A DNA stretch of 64,000 nucleotides from Candidatus Oxydemutatoraceae bacterium (GCA_965220085.1 CBDCOZ010000003.1:1632001-1696000), one strand, 5' to 3'; shown: positions 1-10,999, counted from the first letter of the stretch. Numbers and translations: made by a program. The notes: generated from the sequence alone by a model not told the origin.

Positions 1-133
1 CGCTCGTCAGCTCATTCAAAGAGCTTCCGCATTCAAGGCATTTCACCGCTCTTGTCCCCCATTTCTATGGCTATACATGCCGCCTATTTTGTAACAAGCG
101 CCGCAATCATACAAGCAAAACACTATGCGACGC

Positions 134-1423
134 CTACGCAGTCAATACCGGCCCATATCCGGTATTCTCATAAGCCCGCTTCTGAAAACGGCGCAGCAGA
201 ATATCGTCCGCTAACTCAAAACGCATAAACCACCCTTTGCCGGGCTCATAATGCTCTTCAAAAACAGTGCCATTGCGGTATAAAAACGAGCGCAAATCGG
301 CCGTAGCCTCGGGCACACATAATTGGCATATCCGGCGCGCGGATGATATCCGTTCCGCAATCGCCCGCTTCAGCAAATCCAAACCGTCGCCGGCGATAGC
401 GGATACATATGCCGCCGTTATCTTGTTATCCGCTCCGCGTTCGATGCGCGCGGGAAGGCCGACGCGGTCTATCTTATTGAATACCGTGATAACGGGAATC
501 TCATCGGCGCCGACTATGGATAACACGCGGTTTACTTCCCGGCGTTGCTCAAACCTCTGTTCCGCCGAGGCGTCTTCTACGCGCAAGATCAAATCCGATT
601 CGCAAATCTCAAGCAGCGTCGCATTAAAAGCATCTATCAGCTGATGCGGAAGATCACGGATAAAACCGACGGTATCGCTCAGCAACAAACTCAAGTTCTG
701 TGCGCCGAATTTGCGCACCGTCGGATCGAGTGTCGCAAACAGGCGTCCGCTGCTAACGACATCCGCGTCGGTTATCGCATTGAATAGGGTCGACTTGCCG
801 GCGTTGGTGTAACCGACCAGCGAAACAGACGGCAACAAGTGCCGGCCTCGCTTGCGACGCCGCTGGTTACGTTGATGTTTGATCTTCTCCAGTTGCGCGG
901 CGAGCGCTTTGACCCGGCGACGTAACAAACGGCGGTCGGTTTCCAACTGCTTTTCGCCGGGACCGCGCAAACCGATGCCGCCTTTCTGTCGCTCCAAGTG
1001 GGTCCAAGTGCGTACCAGACGGGTCGATAAATACTCGAGTTGCGCGAACTCAACCTGCAATTTCCCCTCGTGTGATTGCGCGCGTTGCGCAAAGATATCA
1101 AGGATCAACGCCGTGCGATCGAGTATGCGCGCTTTGATGCGCCCCTCAAGGTTGCGAATTTGCCGCGGATTGAGCTCGCAATCAATCACCGCCAAAGACA
1201 CGCCTGTCTCTTCGACCATCGCGCGCAGCTCTTCGGATTTTCCGCGCCCGATAAAATACGTCGGGTTCGCGGCAGGATTGCCGCAATATAAGACACCCCG
1301 CTCCTCGATCCCGGCGGATACGGCCAACTCAATAAACTCTCTCTCATACGGCGGATAATTGTGCGAGCCGATTCGGGTCAAGACCAAGACAGCGGCGGTC
1401 GTATCACTCGTCGCATTAGTCAT
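134..1423 (-). CDS. hflX: GTPase HflX
   Basis: Motifs DRTALILDIFAQRA, GIGLRGPGEKQLETDRR, G1 GYTNAGKST, LFATLDPT, DTVGFI, NKID. Start placed at MTNATS (1423), which overlaps the upstream stop. Confidence 0.95.
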   Translation of the reverse strand: MTNATSDTTAAVLVLTRIGSHNYPPYEREFIELAVSAGIEERGVLYCGNPAANPTYFIGRGKSEELRAMVEETGVSLAVIDCELNPRQIRNLEGRIKARILDRTALILDIFAQRAQSHEGKLQVEFAQLEYLSTRLVRTWTHLERQKGGIGLRGPGEKQLETDRRLLRRRVKALAAQLEKIKHQRNQRRRKRGRHLLPSVSLVGYTNAGKSTLFNAITDADVVSSGRLFATLDPTVRKFGAQNLSLLLSDTVGFIRDLPHQLIDAFNATLLEICESDLILRVEDASAEQRFEQRREVNRVLSIVGADEIPVITVFNKIDRVGLPARIERGADNKITAAYVSAIAGDGLDLLKRAIAERISSARRICQLCVPEATADLRSFLYRNGTVFEEHYEPGKGWFMRFELADDILLRRFQKRAYENTGYGPVLTA

Positions 1424-2063
1424 CGCGCTTCGCTCCTTCCGCGCATTCCCACAGCGCGCGGATGGCGGCAATGCCTTGCGCTCCGTATTGCCGGCTACAT
1501 TGCGCGGCATCTTTATCCATACCGCCGATCGCATAAACGGGCAACTTTATGCGGGCGACTATCCGCGCAAAATGATGCCACCCTATTGGCGCTGTTTGCG
1601 GGTGACTGGCGCTGCGTCGCACCGGCCCCAAAGTGACAAAATCAGCCCCTAGCCGCTCGGCCTGACGCAATTCGTCCGGGTTATGACACGAAGCGGCAAA
1701 CCACAGCGAATTCGCTACCGGGCGCTTCTGACAACGCATCAATTCAAACGCGCTCAAATGGATGCCCGCAGCCCGTGACACAGGCAGGAGATGCAGGCGA
1801 TTGTGCGCCAAGACCTCGGCATTCTTTTTTGCGGCTTCCGTTATCAGGTTCCGCAGCACATCCAGATAGTCATCATCGCTGAGCCGATAGTCACGAAAGA
1901 CCGCCAGACTGACATCATCGCGCAGACTGTTTGCAAAATGCGACACAAAGCCGCGCTTCGCATCTCTGTCCGCCAAGCAAGGGGTCACAAGGTAATAGGG
2001 CGGCAGTGGCAAGATATTTTGGTCGCGCGGCGCGGAAGCGGTATTAACTGCGGTATTCGGCAT
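1416..2063 (-). CDS. Thiamine-phosphate-synthase (ThiE/TenI)-like TIM-barrel protein, resembling the C-terminal half of MutT-ThiE fusions but with no NUDIX domain
   Basis: GIHLSA, ASCHNPDELRQAERLGADFVTLGPVRRSASHP, LPVYAIGG motifs; sits after secA-argJ. Confidence 0.8.
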   Translation of the reverse strand: MPNTAVNTASAPRDQNILPLPPYYLVTPCLADRDAKRGFVSHFANSLRDDVSLAVFRDYRLSDDDYLDVLRNLITEAAKKNAEVLAHNRLHLLPVSRAAGIHLSAFELMRCQKRPVANSLWFAASCHNPDELRQAERLGADFVTLGPVRRSASHPQTAPIGWHHFARIVARIKLPVYAIGGMDKDAAQCSRQYGAQGIAAIRALWECAEGAKRDD

Positions 2064-3255
2064 TGATCTTGATATATTCCTCGGTCAGGTCGCAGGTCCA
2101 GACGACGCTATCGCTATCGCCGCGCGCCAGCGTTATCCGAATCACAATTTCATCTCCGGACATGGCTTGTTTGGCGACGGACTCATCATAACCCGCCGCA
2201 ACCATACCGCGCTCAAACACACAATGATCGCCGATCGAACAACACACCTTGGACATGTCGAGCGCGATCGGACAACGCCCGAGCGCGGCAATGATGCGTC
2301 CCCAGTTGGGATCGCCCGCAAAACACGCTGTCTTAACCAGCGGCGATGCGGCGATAGTGCGCGCAACCGTGCGCGCCTCTTCGCCGGAAGCGGCTTGGCT
2401 CACCCGTATCTCGATCAAACGGCTGGCCCCTTCGCCGTCGCGGGCGATCGATTGCGCCAAGCGACACATCAGGTCGTCCAACGCCGCGCCCGCCCGCTGT
2501 TTCTCCGCAGCGCCCAAATCATCGTAGGCGATGCCCGATTGCCCTGTCGCAATCAGCACACAAGCATCATTGCTCGAGGTGTCGCCATCCACCGTGACGG
2601 AGTGGAAAGAGCGGTCGCAAGCGGCGCGCAGCAGTTGCGTCAGAACCTGTCGCTCTATGGCGATATCCGTAGCGACGAAAGCCAGCATGGTCGCCATATC
2701 CGGATGAATCATTCCGCTGCCTTTTGCAATCCCGGAAATCGTCACTTCGCCTTGCGGCAGTTTGACACGACAGCTTTCATACTTCGCAAATGTATCCGTT
2801 GTCATGATCGCATCAGCCGCCGCGCGCCAATTATCGGCATCCAGACCGCGGCATAGCCGCGGCAAAGTCTTTATGATTTTCTCTGCCGGCAGCGCTTCGC
2901 CGATGACACCGGTTGAAAACGGCAACACTTGCCGCTGTGACACCGCGGCCTGCTCAGCCAACTCGGCACAACATTGTCGCGCCGCATCTATCCCGGCTTC
3001 GCCGAGCCCGGCATTGGCGCAGCCGGAATTGATCAAAAGATATCGCGGCGCCGCGGCGCGCAGGTGTTGTTGCGCAACCGCGATCGGGGCGGCCTTAAAA
3101 TGGTTTTGCGTAAATACCGCCGCCAGCGCAGCCCCTTTGCAGAGTTCTATCAAAGCGAGATCATTGCGCCCGCGGTAACGGATGCCGGAGGCCGCGGCGG
3201 CAAGGCGCGTCCCTTTGACCGCAAGCACATCCCGCCGATCGCCTGTGCCGGCCAT
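2044..3255 (-). CDS. argJ: Bifunctional ornithine acetyltransferase / N-acetylglutamate synthase ArgJ
   Basis: FSTGVIGE, IMTTDT, KGSGMIHPDMATML (autocleavage Thr), DGDTSSND, DGEGA, NWGRI. TAATG overlap with the secA stop. Confidence 0.95.
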   Translation of the reverse strand: MAGTGDRRDVLAVKGTRLAAAASGIRYRGRNDLALIELCKGAALAAVFTQNHFKAAPIAVAQQHLRAAAPRYLLINSGCANAGLGEAGIDAARQCCAELAEQAAVSQRQVLPFSTGVIGEALPAEKIIKTLPRLCRGLDADNWRAAADAIMTTDTFAKYESCRVKLPQGEVTISGIAKGSGMIHPDMATMLAFVATDIAIERQVLTQLLRAACDRSFHSVTVDGDTSSNDACVLIATGQSGIAYDDLGAAEKQRAGAALDDLMCRLAQSIARDGEGASRLIEIRVSQAASGEEARTVARTIAASPLVKTACFAGDPNWGRIIAALGRCPIALDMSKVCCSIGDHCVFERGMVAAGYDESVAKQAMSGDEIVIRITLARGDSDSVVWTCDLTEEYIKINAEYRS

Positions 3256-5999
3256 TACGATGCTTTCCTCATGCAACAACGCTTATATTTCTTGCCCGAA
3301 CCGCAGAAGCACGGATCATTGCGTCCTAACTTCGGGTGTTTTCTCCGAACCGTCTCGGGCTTGGCGGGCCGCGCGGCTTTCTGCGCGCCGCTCGGTTGCA
3401 ACGGCATGTCGGAAGCGGCGGACGGCGGGCGCAGCACATCCGCCGGCGGCGCGTGTTGATAGCCGAGGTCCTTCGTATCCAATGATGGCGCGGCGCTCTC
3501 CTTCTCCGGCAAGGCATCGATCCTCAAATGCGCCAGTTGCACGATCAGTTCATGACGGATGCGATCCAGCATGGCTTCAAACATCCCGAATGCTTCGCGC
3601 TTGTATTCCTGTTTGGGGTTCTTTTGCGCAAAACTGCGGAAGCCGATGCCGCGCCGCAAGTAATCGATCTGCATCAAATGTTCCTTCCAATTGCGATCCA
3701 ATGTTTGTAACATACACACGCTCTCAACCATCCGCATCTGTGATTTGTCTGCCTCCGCGCGCCGGTCGGCATATGCCGCATATACCTCTTGCAACACTTT
3801 TTCCTTCAGCGCGCCGCTGGTGATCTCAGGGTTGTCATCAAACCAGGAGGCAATCGGAACCTCCGTATTAAAATCACGCTTGAGCCGCTCGCTGAGGCCG
3901 TCAATATCCCACTCTTCGGCCTCCGATTGCGGAATATACCCGTTGACCAATGTCTCGACGACTTCCGACATGATCGTCTCGGTGCTGTCGCTGATGTCCT
4001 CCGATTGCATCAACTGAAGACGTTGATCATAGATGATGCGCCGTTGCTCGTTGATCACATCGTCATAGTCCAACAAATTCTTGCGAATGTCATAGTTGTA
4101 GGCTTCCACCTTGCGCTGCGCATTCTCAATCGCTTTGCTCACCCACGGGTGCTCGATCGCTTCGCCCTCTTCCATGCCGATGCGATCCATAATTGATTTG
4201 ACCTTGTCGCTGGCAAAGATACGCATCAGATTATCTTCCAGCGACAAATAGAACTGACTGGAGCCCGGATCTCCCTGACGCCCGGCGCGACCGCGCAGCT
4301 GATTGTCTATGCGCCGCGATTCGTGGCGCTCGGTGCCGATGATATGCAAGCCGCCCGCCTCCATCACTTGGCGGTGACGCGCCTGCCACCGCTTTCTTGC
4401 TTCCTCCTTATCCGCTTCCTCTTCCGCCTCGGCCAATTCCGCATCCAGCGAACCGCCGAGAATAATATCGGTGCCGCGCCCCGCCATATTGGTCGCGATG
4501 GTAACCACCGCCGGACGCCCGGCCTGAGCGATAATCCGCGACTCGGCCTCGTGGTGTTTGGCATTGAGCACCTGATGGCGGATACCTGCCTTTTTGAGCA
4601 AGGCGGACAGCAGTTCCGATGTTTCGATAGAGGCGGTTCCGACCAGCGCCGGCTGGCCTTTGCCGACACATCTTTTAATGTCCTCGACAATCGCTTGAAA
4701 CTTTTCGCCCTGAGTCAAATACACCAGATCCGACAAGTCATCGCGAATCATCTTCTTGTGAGTCGGCAACACCACCACTTCCAAATTGTAAATATCGTTC
4801 AATTCGTAGGCTTCGGTATCCGCCGTGCCGGTCATACCGGCAAGCTTTTCGTAAAGACGGAAGTAGTTTTGAAATGTGATCGATGCGAAAGTCTGATTCT
4901 CCGCCTCCACCCGCACGCCCTCTTTTGCCTCAATCGCCTGATGCAATCCGTCCGACCACCGCCGCCCCTCCATGACCCGGCCGGTAAACTCATCGACGAT
5001 CACCACTTTGCCGCCTCGGACTATGTAATCCACATTTTTCTTATACATAGCATTCGCGCGTAACGCCGAATTCACATGATGAAACAAGCCGATACGGCCC
5101 ATATCATAAAGACTTTCGCCCGGCTCCAACAATTGATTCTTTGCCAACAAATCCTCTATGTGCTGGTGGCCGCTTTCGGTGATCATGACCTGCCGCGATT
5201 TTTCGTCAACCGTATAATCTCCGCCATCGCCTTCTTCGCGCTCAAGCTTCAGAGGGCGCACCAGTTTATCGATCTGCGAATAAATAGCGGTGCCGCTTGC
5301 GCCCGGTCCCGATATGATCAGCGGCGTGCGCGCCTCGTCTATCAACACCGAGTCCACTTCGTCGATAATCGCATAATAGTGATTGCGCTGCGCCACCTCA
5401 TCCGGCGTCAATGCCATGTTGTCACGCAAGTAGTCAAATCCAAATTCATTATTGGTGCCGTAAACGATGTCGCTCTGATAGGCGGCATGTCGTTCGGCGG
5501 GTTTCAACCCCGAAACAATCACCCCGACCGACATGCCCAGATGCCGGTACACTTGCCCCATCCACTCGGCATCGCGGAGCGCCAGATAATCGTTCACCGT
5601 GACGACATGCACGCTTTTGCCGGTCAGCGCATTCAGATATGCCGGCATCGTCGCCACCAAAGTCTTGCCCTCGCCGGTGCTCATCTCGGCGACACATCCG
5701 CGATGCAAGACCATCCCCCCCATCAGTTGCACATCAAAAGGACGCATATCCAAAACGCGCCGCGCCGCCTCCCTGACAACGGCAAACGCTTCGGGCAGTA
5801 TGCGGTCGATAGCCTCGCCGTTTTGCAGCCGCGATTTGAACTCGCTTTGCTTGGCTTGCAGCGCGGAATCATCGAGCTGTTTGCACGCATCCTCAAGCGC
5901 ATTGATGCGGTTCACAGTTCCGCGGTATGTCTTTAGCAAGCGCTCATTACGCGATGGTAATAGCTTGCCAAGTAGTGTGCGCATCAGAGGTACTGCCAA
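3255..5999 (-). CDS. secA: Preprotein translocase ATPase SecA
   Basis: MSTGEGKT, IIDEVDSVLIDEARTPLIISG, QLRGRAGRQGDPGSS, C-terminal GRNDPCFCGSGKKYKRCC zinc motif. Confidence 0.98.
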   Translation of the reverse strand: MAVPLMRTLLGKLLPSRNERLLKTYRGTVNRINALEDACKQLDDSALQAKQSEFKSRLQNGEAIDRILPEAFAVVREAARRVLDMRPFDVQLMGGMVLHRGCVAEMSTGEGKTLVATMPAYLNALTGKSVHVVTVNDYLALRDAEWMGQVYRHLGMSVGVIVSGLKPAERHAAYQSDIVYGTNNEFGFDYLRDNMALTPDEVAQRNHYYAIIDEVDSVLIDEARTPLIISGPGASGTAIYSQIDKLVRPLKLEREEGDGGDYTVDEKSRQVMITESGHQHIEDLLAKNQLLEPGESLYDMGRIGLFHHVNSALRANAMYKKNVDYIVRGGKVVIVDEFTGRVMEGRRWSDGLHQAIEAKEGVRVEAENQTFASITFQNYFRLYEKLAGMTGTADTEAYELNDIYNLEVVVLPTHKKMIRDDLSDLVYLTQGEKFQAIVEDIKRCVGKGQPALVGTASIETSELLSALLKKAGIRHQVLNAKHHEAESRIIAQAGRPAVVTIATNMAGRGTDIILGGSLDAELAEAEEEADKEEARKRWQARHRQVMEAGGLHIIGTERHESRRIDNQLRGRAGRQGDPGSSQFYLSLEDNLMRIFASDKVKSIMDRIGMEEGEAIEHPWVSKAIENAQRKVEAYNYDIRKNLLDYDDVINEQRRIIYDQRLQLMQSEDISDSTETIMSEVVETLVNGYIPQSEAEEWDIDGLSERLKRDFNTEVPIASWFDDNPEITSGALKEKVLQEVYAAYADRRAEADKSQMRMVESVCMLQTLDRNWKEHLMQIDYLRRGIGFRSFAQKNPKQEYKREAFGMFEAMLDRIRHELIVQLAHLRIDALPEKESAAPSLDTKDLGYQHAPPADVLRPPSAASDMPLQPSGAQKAARPAKPETVRRKHPKLGRNDPCFCGSGKKYKRCCMRKAS

Positions 6000-6009
6000 A
6001 AAACGCGGC

Positions 6010-7086
6010 CTATTTCTTGGAACCGAGCAAGAAAGGTTCGGGATTGATACGGCGTCCGTTCTTGATCACTTCAAAGTGAACATGGGGGCCGGTCGAACGC
6101 CCGGTGCTGCCGAGCAACGCAATCGGCTGGCCTTTTTTGATCATATCCCCTTTGTTAACGAGAACGCTTTGATTGTGCGCATACAAAGTGTGGTAGCCGT
6201 CAGCGTGCTTTATTTCGACAAAGTTGCCATAGTATTTGTGGCCTTCGACACGCTGTTCCACAATCCCGCTGGCGACCGCGCGCACCGGACTGCCTTGGCT
6301 GCCGGCAATATCAATGCCGCGATGAAACTCCCGGCGACCGGTAAAAGGACTGATCCGATGCGCATAACGCGACGAAATAATCCCCCGCGAAACAGGCCAG
6401 CCAAACGGCACCCGCTCGGCGCGCAGGTCGTGGCGCTTGAGCAGTTGCGACATCACCTCGAGCTTAAGCCGCGTGCTGTCTATGCGCGATTTGATCTTGC
6501 CGCTGACATCGCCGAGGCGGGTATATTCGCCGCCATCCGCTTCGTTCTCAAATACGCCGCCGACGCCGGGGTGATTGGAAAAATTTAACTCGGCGCTGCT
6601 GAGACCGTATTGTTCCAACAGATAATCGCCGAGCGCTTCCATCCGCGTGACTTGCGCTTGCATCAACGCGACCTTGCGCAGCAGTAATTCTTCTTCCGCT
6701 GCGCGCATCTGCCGGATATCGTCCAGAGTATCGGCATATTGGTAGACCCGCTCCCGCAGTTCGGCAATCTGCCGGGGATCCGATGTCATCGGCGCCACAT
6801 AATAGCCGCCGGCAAACGCTAACAGCGACATGCCGAGCGCCGCGCCGGTTATCCAATAATGATTCTTAATCCGCCGCAGCGGAATCGCGGCGCGCGAAAA
6901 AAGACGCTCGCCGCGTCGCGCATTGCGCCACAGTTTCAGCAAATCACGGCGCAGGAAAGCGGTTCCCAAAACAATCACTTCCCGCACATAGCCTTGGAGG
7001 TGTCCGCGCAATAAGCCATAATAGCGGCGCAGGTTGCCTAATAGCGGCAATACTCTCTGATGACATGTTAAAAAGAATTCGCGCAT
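6010..7086 (-). CDS. M23 family metallopeptidase with N-terminal TM and coiled-coil (start uncertain, may be downstream)
   Basis: HRGIDIAG, YGNFVEIKH, YAHN, GRSTGPHVHFEV LytM motifs; usual position between lpxC/dciA and secA. Confidence 0.9.
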   Translation of the reverse strand: MREFFLTCHQRVLPLLGNLRRYYGLLRGHLQGYVREVIVLGTAFLRRDLLKLWRNARRGERLFSRAAIPLRRIKNHYWITGAALGMSLLAFAGGYYVAPMTSDPRQIAELRERVYQYADTLDDIRQMRAAEEELLLRKVALMQAQVTRMEALGDYLLEQYGLSSAELNFSNHPGVGGVFENEADGGEYTRLGDVSGKIKSRIDSTRLKLEVMSQLLKRHDLRAERVPFGWPVSRGIISSRYAHRISPFTGRREFHRGIDIAGSQGSPVRAVASGIVEQRVEGHKYYGNFVEIKHADGYHTLYAHNQSVLVNKGDMIKKGQPIALLGSTGRSTGPHVHFEVIKNGRRINPEPFLLGSKK

Positions 7087-7388
7087 CTTCGTCCTATTTG
7101 TCCCCCAAACTCTTGGGCCGGATTAAACTGCTGGAAGCGATGACTGCCAGCGCGCGCAGTCGTCTGCCGCCGGATGTCGCGCGACACTGCTGGGTCGGAG
7201 GATTTGAGGAGAATGCCGTCACCCTCATAACCGATGACTCCGCATACGGCATTCACCTGCGCTGGCACCAGAAAGAAATACTGAAGCAACTGCGCGAAGA
7301 GTTCTCCCACAAGACCGGCAAGCGCTGGCGCAAAATACGCGTGCATGTGTCCCGCGAACCGATAGCAACAGATAGTAAAACGGTATGA
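7065..7388 (+). CDS. dciA: DUF721/DciA family protein (helicase loader)
   Basis: ~107 aa, on the opposite strand between lpxC and the M23 gene as in many Gammaproteobacteria; pattern TLITDDSAYGIHLRWHQKEILKQL...KIRVHV. Confidence 0.7.
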   Translation: MLKRIRASSSYLSPKLLGRIKLLEAMTASARSRLPPDVARHCWVGGFEENAVTLITDDSAYGIHLRWHQKEILKQLREEFSHKTGKRWRKIRVHVSREPIATDSKTV

Positions 7389-7425
7389 TATTGAAACAGC
7401 GAGGGCTCGCCATATCTGTCAATTC

Positions 7426-8337
7426 TTAGCTGCCGAGGGCCGGCAAGAAAGAGACCGGGGAAGCATCGCTGTCTTGATTGAAAACGATTATCTCCCACGC
7501 TTGGGCATCCCGCAATAATTCGGAACGCAGGTGGTTATTCAGCGTGTGTCCGGACTTGCAACCTTCAAAACAACCGATCAAATTATGTCCCAGCAAAAAG
7601 AGGTCGCCGATCACATCCAGTATTTTGTGTTTGACAAACTCATCCTCGGAACGCAAACCGTCTTCGTTCAGAACGCGGTGATTATCTATCACTACGGCGT
7701 TCTCCTTGCTGCCGCCGCGAATGAGGCCCATCTCGCGTAATTTCTCATAATCTTTGAGGAAGCCGAATGTTCTGGAGCGGCTGACACTGCTGACAAAGGA
7801 GGTATTGGAGAAATCTACCTCAGACTTGAGAATTCGGCGTCTGAATGCGGGGTGGCTGAAGTCAATTTCAAAACAGACTTTGAAGCCTTCAAAAGGATAC
7901 ATTCGCACCCACTTGTCGCCGTCTTTCACCTCCACTTTTTTCTTCACCCGGATAAACTTTTTCAATTGCTCTTGCTCTTCGATGCCCGCCGACCCGAGCA
8001 AAAAGACAAACGGTCCGGCGCTGCCGTCCATGATGGGAATTTCCGGAGCGTTCACATCGACATGCAGGTTGTCGATACCGAGTCCGGCGACCGCGGATAG
8101 CAAATGCTCCACAGTGGAGATCCGCGCGCCTTCTTTGCCGAGGGTCGTAGAGAGCCGGGTATCTACGACATAGTCATTGTGGGCGGGAATACTCACCGGT
8201 TGATCGAGATCCACCCGATGAAACACCACGCCGGTATCGGGTTGCGCCGGGCGCAGTGTCAGCTGAATGGTTTTGCCCGTATGCAAACCCACGCCAACGG
8301 CTTGAATTGAATTTTTAAGTGTCCGTTGCTTAATCAA
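7426..8337 (-). CDS. lpxC: UDP-3-O-acyl-N-acetylglucosamine deacetylase
   Basis: [44 protein letters not shown]. Confidence 0.98.
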   Translation of the reverse strand: MIKQRTLKNSIQAVGVGLHTGKTIQLTLRPAQPDTGVVFHRVDLDQPVSIPAHNDYVVDTRLSTTLGKEGARISTVEHLLSAVAGLGIDNLHVDVNAPEIPIMDGSAGPFVFLLGSAGIEEQEQLKKFIRVKKKVEVKDGDKWVRMYPFEGFKVCFEIDFSHPAFRRRILKSEVDFSNTSFVSSVSRSRTFGFLKDYEKLREMGLIRGGSKENAVVIDNHRVLNEDGLRSEDEFVKHKILDVIGDLFLLGHNLIGCFEGCKSGHTLNNHLRSELLRDAQAWEIIVFNQDSDASPVSFLPALGS

Positions 8338-8566
8338 AAGATCAGCCTTTAAAGTATGCTTGGTAAATTTTTGCTTCTTATCCGCTATCGACCCTCAGGC
8401 CCAAGGGTAAATATGTTATAAGAAATACGGAAAATATACAACATACCTACCCCACAGATTGACCCGACCGGCGGCAGCCCTATTGGTTGCCGGATGAGCC
8501 GATCGGCAGAGCCCCCTGCCGCCGTCGCCGCCGGGCGGGGCTCCCAAAGCATTATTTTTTCAACTA

Positions 8567-9757
8567 TTAATCGACCTGCTGCCGCAAGAAGGCCGGAATA
8601 TCCAAGTAATCCTCATACTCCTTATTCTCGCTATTCTCGCCCGCAGGGCTGTCTAATTCCGCCTTATTGCTATGCATCACAGGCAGCTCTGTCCCGACCT
8701 CGCCGGACTCCTTGGCATGCAATGGCAAAGGCGATTGGTCGGTCTCCGCTTTGATTTCCGCCGCCGACGAACCCGCTTCCTCGGTCGACAAAGCTTCGCT
8801 GAAGCCCGTTGCGACCATCGTCACGCGCAGGTCCTCGCCCATCTCTTCGTCGATGACGGTGCCGATCACCACTTCGGCATTCTCGGCCGCAATGTCGGTG
8901 ATACAAGCGCCGATCTCCTTGTACTCGCTCATCTTCAACGAGGACGAAGCGGTGACATTGATCAAAAGGCCGTGCACATCCTGCAAATCCATATCTTCCA
9001 ACAAAGGGTTGTTGATCGCATTTTGGGTCGCTTCGTGCGCGCGATCCGCGCCTTCGGCGACGCCGGATCCGATCATGGCCATGCCCATCTCGGACATGAC
9101 TTTTTTGACATCCGCAAAATCAAGATTGATAAGACCGTCGCAAGTGATTAGCTCGGCGATGCCTTGAACCGAACCGCAGAGAACATCGTTGGCTTTTTCA
9201 AACGCCCCTACCAAAGTGACATCTTCGCCCAGCACGGTCATCAGTTTGTCATTCGGGATCGTGATCAGAGAATCGACATATTTTGACAACTCATCGAGCC
9301 CCTCATCGGCGATAGCCATCCGCCGCGCGCGCTCAAAGCCGAACGGCTTCGTCACGACGGCGATCGTCAAAATCCCCATATTTCTGGCTATTTCCGCAAT
9401 CACCGGGGCGGCCCCGGTGCCGGTGCCGCCGCCAAGACACGCGGTGATAAACACCATATCGGAGCCTTGGACAGCGTCCTGCAGTTGCTCGCTCGCCTCG
9501 TGCGCGGCCTCGCGACCGACTTCGGGGTCGGTGCCGGCGCCGAGGCCGCCGGTAATGCGGGCGCCCAATTGAATGACCGTGTCGGCATTGCTATTGCCGA
9601 GCGCCTGCATATCGGTATTGGCGCAGACAAAGTCAACCCCCGATATGTTTTTTGCCACCATGTGATTGAGGGCGTTGCCGCCGCCGCCGCCGACACCGAC
9701 TGCCTTTATAACCGCGCCTTTCGGGCGGACATTTTCTTCAACAATATGAAATACCAT
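8567..9757 (-). CDS. ftsZ: Cell division protein FtsZ
   Basis: GVGGGGGNA, GGGTGTGAAP tubulin signature, INLDFADV, C-terminal LDIPAFLRQQVD. Confidence 0.98.
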   Translation of the reverse strand: MVFHIVEENVRPKGAVIKAVGVGGGGGNALNHMVAKNISGVDFVCANTDMQALGNSNADTVIQLGARITGGLGAGTDPEVGREAAHEASEQLQDAVQGSDMVFITACLGGGTGTGAAPVIAEIARNMGILTIAVVTKPFGFERARRMAIADEGLDELSKYVDSLITIPNDKLMTVLGEDVTLVGAFEKANDVLCGSVQGIAELITCDGLINLDFADVKKVMSEMGMAMIGSGVAEGADRAHEATQNAINNPLLEDMDLQDVHGLLINVTASSSLKMSEYKEIGACITDIAAENAEVVIGTVIDEEMGEDLRVTMVATGFSEALSTEEAGSSAAEIKAETDQSPLPLHAKESGEVGTELPVMHSNKAELDSPAGENSENKEYEDYLDIPAFLRQQVD

Positions 9758-9784
9758 AATGCTATCCTCCTGTTTTAGTTAAGT

Positions 9785-10999
9785 TTAAAAATGTTCTTTC
9801 AACCAAGTGCGAAAACTGCTCCAGGTGTGTTTCACACCGCCGCGGTATTGCCTTTTGGCAACACCGGCAGTATTCAATTCTGTCGCGTAATACAGCAAGC
9901 CGATACCCGTCGCATACACCGGGTCATGAAACAAATTGGCAAAACTTCCCGTGACCGCCGGGTGTCCGACCCGTACCGGCATATTGAAGATGCTCTCGGC
10001 CAGTTCGGCACAGCCTTCCAACTTTGAGCTGCCGCCGGTCAGCACCACTCCGGATACGACGACCTCGTCAAAATGATGCTTGGCCAATTCGCGTTGGACC
10101 AGCGAAAAAATCTCTTCGTAGCGCGGTTCTATAATCTCCGCCAAGTTATGCCGCTTCAACTTGGTCGCTTGGCGTTGCTTTGACGGATCCGGCGCTTCGA
10201 TCTGCTCATCGGGAGCCGCCAACTTGCGCATCGCGCAGCCGTATTTGAGTTTTATTTCTTCGGCATATTGGGTCGGGGTGCGAAGCGATATCGCAATATC
10301 GTTCGTCACATGATCGCCCGCAACCGGTATCACCACCGTATGCACGATAGCGCCTTTGACAAAAACGGCCACATCGGTCGTGCCGCCGCCTATATCGACC
10401 AGACAGATGCCGAGTTCCCGCTCATCGGGTGTCAGCACCGACAGACTGGAGGCGATGGATTCCATGACGATTCCGTCGATCTCCAAGCCGCAACGCTTGA
10501 CACATTTGGTGATGTTTTGAATCGGGTGGACGCCGCCTGTCACCAAATGCACCGCCGCTTCAAGCCGATACCCCGACATACCGTTGGGGTCTTTGATACC
10601 GCGTTCCTCATCGACTGTGAAATCACGCGGCAACACATGGAGCACCCTCTGGTCATTGGCAATCTGTATGGCTTGCGCCGTCTCAACCGCGCGCTCAATG
10701 TCTCCGGCGGTCACCTCTCCGTCACGAATCGGCGCCACCCCGTGGCAGTTGACACTTTTGATGTGCTGCCCCGCCACGCCGATATATACCGATGAAATTT
10801 TGCAATTGCCCATCAGTTCGGCCTCTTCGATAGCCTGCTTGATAGAACCGGCCATCTCGTCGATATTGACCACTATCCCCCGCTTCATTCCCTGCGACGG
10901 ACAACTGCCCATCGAGATGACTTCAAACCCGCCGTCTTCCTTCAAATCGCAAACGATCGCCGCGATCTTATTCGTCCCGATGTCCAAGGCTGTCAGCAC
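9785..10999 (-). CDS. ftsA: Cell division protein FtsA
   Basis: LDIGTNKI, DIGGGTTD, VLTGGSS, C-terminal amphipathic helix. GTG start at 10999 after a GGAGAGG RBS. Confidence 0.96.
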   Translation of the reverse strand: MLTALDIGTNKIAAIVCDLKEDGGFEVISMGSCPSQGMKRGIVVNIDEMAGSIKQAIEEAELMGNCKISSVYIGVAGQHIKSVNCHGVAPIRDGEVTAGDIERAVETAQAIQIANDQRVLHVLPRDFTVDEERGIKDPNGMSGYRLEAAVHLVTGGVHPIQNITKCVKRCGLEIDGIVMESIASSLSVLTPDERELGICLVDIGGGTTDVAVFVKGAIVHTVVIPVAGDHVTNDIAISLRTPTQYAEEIKLKYGCAMRKLAAPDEQIEAPDPSKQRQATKLKRHNLAEIIEPRYEEIFSLVQRELAKHHFDEVVVSGVVLTGGSSKLEGCAELAESIFNMPVRVGHPAVTGSFANLFHDPVYATGIGLLYYATELNTAGVAKRQYRGGVKHTWSSFRTWLKEHF

